IMG/VR virus record: IMGVR_UViG_3300036832_000301
Coordinates: 1 to 59,931 of that record
Length of the DNA: 59,931 nucleotides
Strand: one strand, 5' to 3'
From: a virus
Taxonomy: Duplodnaviria; Caudoviricetes
Shown: piece by piece, positions 58,116 through 59,931 of the stretch
How positions within the stretch are numbered: position 1 is the first letter of the stretch
Layout: each line of letters starts with the position of its first letter
Program-made: the position numbers and the translations under genes
Notes under the pieces: model-generated
Told to the model about the DNA's origin: nothing
Database searches by the model: none
The model's input: only the letters and a program-made list of their open reading frames with translations

Positions 58116-58640
58116 CTAAGCCGGTTCGGGTTTAAGCTCGGTTTCGAGCCGCGCGAGTTCCAAGGCCGCGACGGTTTCGTCAATCGCGCCATTGACCCGT
58201 GCGAGCTCGATAAGGTCGCTATATCGCCGTCGCCAGGAATTGAGCTCGCCGAGCGCCCGGCTGAGCAGCCCATGCACGACCTGCGCGTCGCTCGCCGCCC
58301 ATTGCACCCCGGCGTAACCCTGCTCGCCGCCCACGGTGACGATGTTGACGAAGGCGCGCACCCCGTCCCTGATCTCGCCGTCCTTGGTGATGATCTCGAC
58401 TTCAAGCTGCTGCACCACCGCGCGCGCCTGCTCGACCCGATAGGCCGCGCCAGCTACCGCGTCATCCCATTCGAACAACGGATGCAGCGGTGAGCTCGCG
58501 GGCTTCGCCGCCTCGACGATTTCCGGCGGATGCAGCAGCCCGTTCCCGGCCAGGGCTTCGAGCGCTTCGCCGATGGTCTGCGGATCGGTCCCATAACGAT
58601 GGGCTCCGGGTCGCCAGAAATAGGTTGTGCGGCTGGTCAT
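58116..58640 (-). CDS. Partner protein of the Cas7-like gene
   Basis: ATG at 58640 overlaps upstream stop; SPLHPLFEWDD...YRVEQAR motif. Confidence 0.75.
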   Translation of the reverse strand: MTSRTTYFWRPGAHRYGTDPQTIGEALEALAGNGLLHPPEIVEAAKPASSPLHPLFEWDDAVAGAAYRVEQARAVVQQLEVEIITKDGEIRDGVRAFVNIVTVGGEQGYAGVQWAASDAQVVHGLLSRALGELNSWRRRYSDLIELARVNGAIDETVAALELARLETELKPEPA

Positions 58641-59278
58641 CGGCTCGGCACCTTCTCGTTGGACTTGGCGACATGGAAGCGACCGAAAGGCCCGTTGCGC
58701 TGCGGACGCCAATCGCCGATCCCTACCGCGAAACCGGCCAGATCGAACAGGCTGATGACCTGCTCAGGCGAGATCGCCGAGGTGTTGACCTTGACCGTCA
58801 GGATCGCGCCCCAAGGGTTGAATTCAGGGCGATAGCGCAGATCGGCGACCCCCATTCCGACCCGCGCGATGTCTTCGCGCATCGACGGTGGCGGACCGCT
58901 GATCTCGACGAATTCGCCGACGATGTGGAACGCCTGCCGCGCCGCCACCTTGGTCATCCCGGCCACCGACGTCACCGCGTCGACCGCCGCGCTCTTGAAG
59001 CCCACCGCCGGGAAGCCGAACAGCGCCGCCTCGATATCCGCCTCGCTCGGCTTCTTGGGTTTCTCGGTGAGCCAGTAGAGCGCATCGCAGAAGTCGTCCC
59101 ACGGCACCTTGGCGTCGCGGCCTTTCGCGCCCTTGCGCTGCTGCTTGGCCGCCATCTGCTCCTTGGCCTTCTGCGACCACGCATGCACGATCAGCGGGCT
59201 GTCGCCGATGATCGGCACCTCGATGGTCTCCACCTGTAGGCGCGGAAGCTCTAAGACGTTGGTGGTGCTCGCAGCCAT
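58637..59278 (-). CDS. Cas7/RAMP-like RNA-binding protein
   Basis: N-terminal IIGDSPLIVH strand, FPAVGFKSA, RYRPEF..W and C-terminal glycine loop GIGDWRP...GPFGRF; AGGAG RBS. Confidence 0.72.
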   Translation of the reverse strand: MAASTTNVLELPRLQVETIEVPIIGDSPLIVHAWSQKAKEQMAAKQQRKGAKGRDAKVPWDDFCDALYWLTEKPKKPSEADIEAALFGFPAVGFKSAAVDAVTSVAGMTKVAARQAFHIVGEFVEISGPPPSMREDIARVGMGVADLRYRPEFNPWGAILTVKVNTSAISPEQVISLFDLAGFAVGIGDWRPQRNGPFGRFHVAKSNEKVPSR

Positions 59279-59320
59279 GTGCCTTCTCCTGTTGCTCTAT
59301 ACAGCCCTACCCCCTAGGCA

Positions 59321-59349
59321 ATTAGCCGACTCACTCACATATCTGTCAA
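59321..59349 (-). promoter_or_regulatory. Sigma70-type promoter for the Cas7-like operon
   Basis: Minus strand TTGACA-N17-GCTAAT; GANTC site in the spacer. Confidence 0.55.
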
Positions 59350-59442
59350 CGCCGCTGTATGGTGGCCTGTGTGCAGGGTGGACGCTACGGGTGGTGTTGC
59401 AAGACCCTTGCACCCCTATAGGTATAGGCGGATAACTTGGTT

Positions 59443-59760
59443 ATGGGGCAGCGACCGCGCCCATCCGACCGGACGCCAGAGGTCGCGGCCTATCAGCGAT
59501 GGTACTGGACGCCGCGCTGGCGTCGTAAGTCGCACGATCAACTGATTGCGCATCCGTTCTGCGCCTACTGCCTGCGCGACGAAGGTGTGTTCACCGCCGC
59601 GACGATCTCCGATCACGTCATCCCGCATCGAGGTAACGCACATCTGTTCTGGCACGGCGAATTGCAGAGCTTGTGCAAGCCGCACCACGACGGCGATAAG
59701 CGGCGCGAGGAACAGATGATGCAGCCCGAGCGCTGCGATGCGGATGGATGGCCGGTGTGA
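59443..59760 (+). CDS. HNH endonuclease (terminase-associated)
   Basis: PFCAYC...DHVIPHRG...LQSLCKPHH..K; adjacent to packaging genes on circularisation. Confidence 0.88.
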   Translation: MGQRPRPSDRTPEVAAYQRWYWTPRWRRKSHDQLIAHPFCAYCLRDEGVFTAATISDHVIPHRGNAHLFWHGELQSLCKPHHDGDKRREEQMMQPERCDADGWPV

Positions 59761-59931
59761 GCGGATACGAGCTTCGGCGCGCGCTGATCCTGCTCAGCTA
59801 CTACGTCGCCGCCCTGGTGATCGGCTTCCTGATCGGACGTTACGCGCCGTTCTGATCCGCCAGCCTCGGCCTCGACCGGCGGGCTGCATGGCGGGGGGAT
59901 ACCTCAGTCTGCGCGTCGCGTTTCAAATCAA

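Overview
The window looks like a complete or near-complete ~60 kb, GC-rich temperate siphophage genome of an alphaproteobacterial host, probably Caulobacteraceae-like. That host call is inferred from GTA-type tail genes, a GcrA-like domain and a PEPxxWA-CTERM gene. Layout: ParB-methyltransferase and terminase (56-3322); HK97-type head and tail genes (5528-25507); a minus-strand block of small accessory genes with a repeated promoter cassette (25548-36300); attP-like region, integrase and excisionase (36300-38213); recombination and replication genes with a putative iteron origin (38277-46157); further accessory genes; and an HNH nuclease at the right end. The standout feature is a minus-strand locus at 56984-59349. 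It has a promoter, a Cas7/RAMP-like gene, a partner gene and a ~1.08 kb non-coding array of GGY-NN pentamers divided into about 21 units. Reading only the variable NN pairs, with one skipped base between pairs, three units spell well-known catalytic motifs: methyltransferase FTDPPYNV, tyrosine integrase MDSYGHLFP and JAB protease IGEWHSHP. This suggests an RNA-guided system using a gapped code that ignores codon wobble positions. All family assignments are from motif recognition by eye; no database searches were run.
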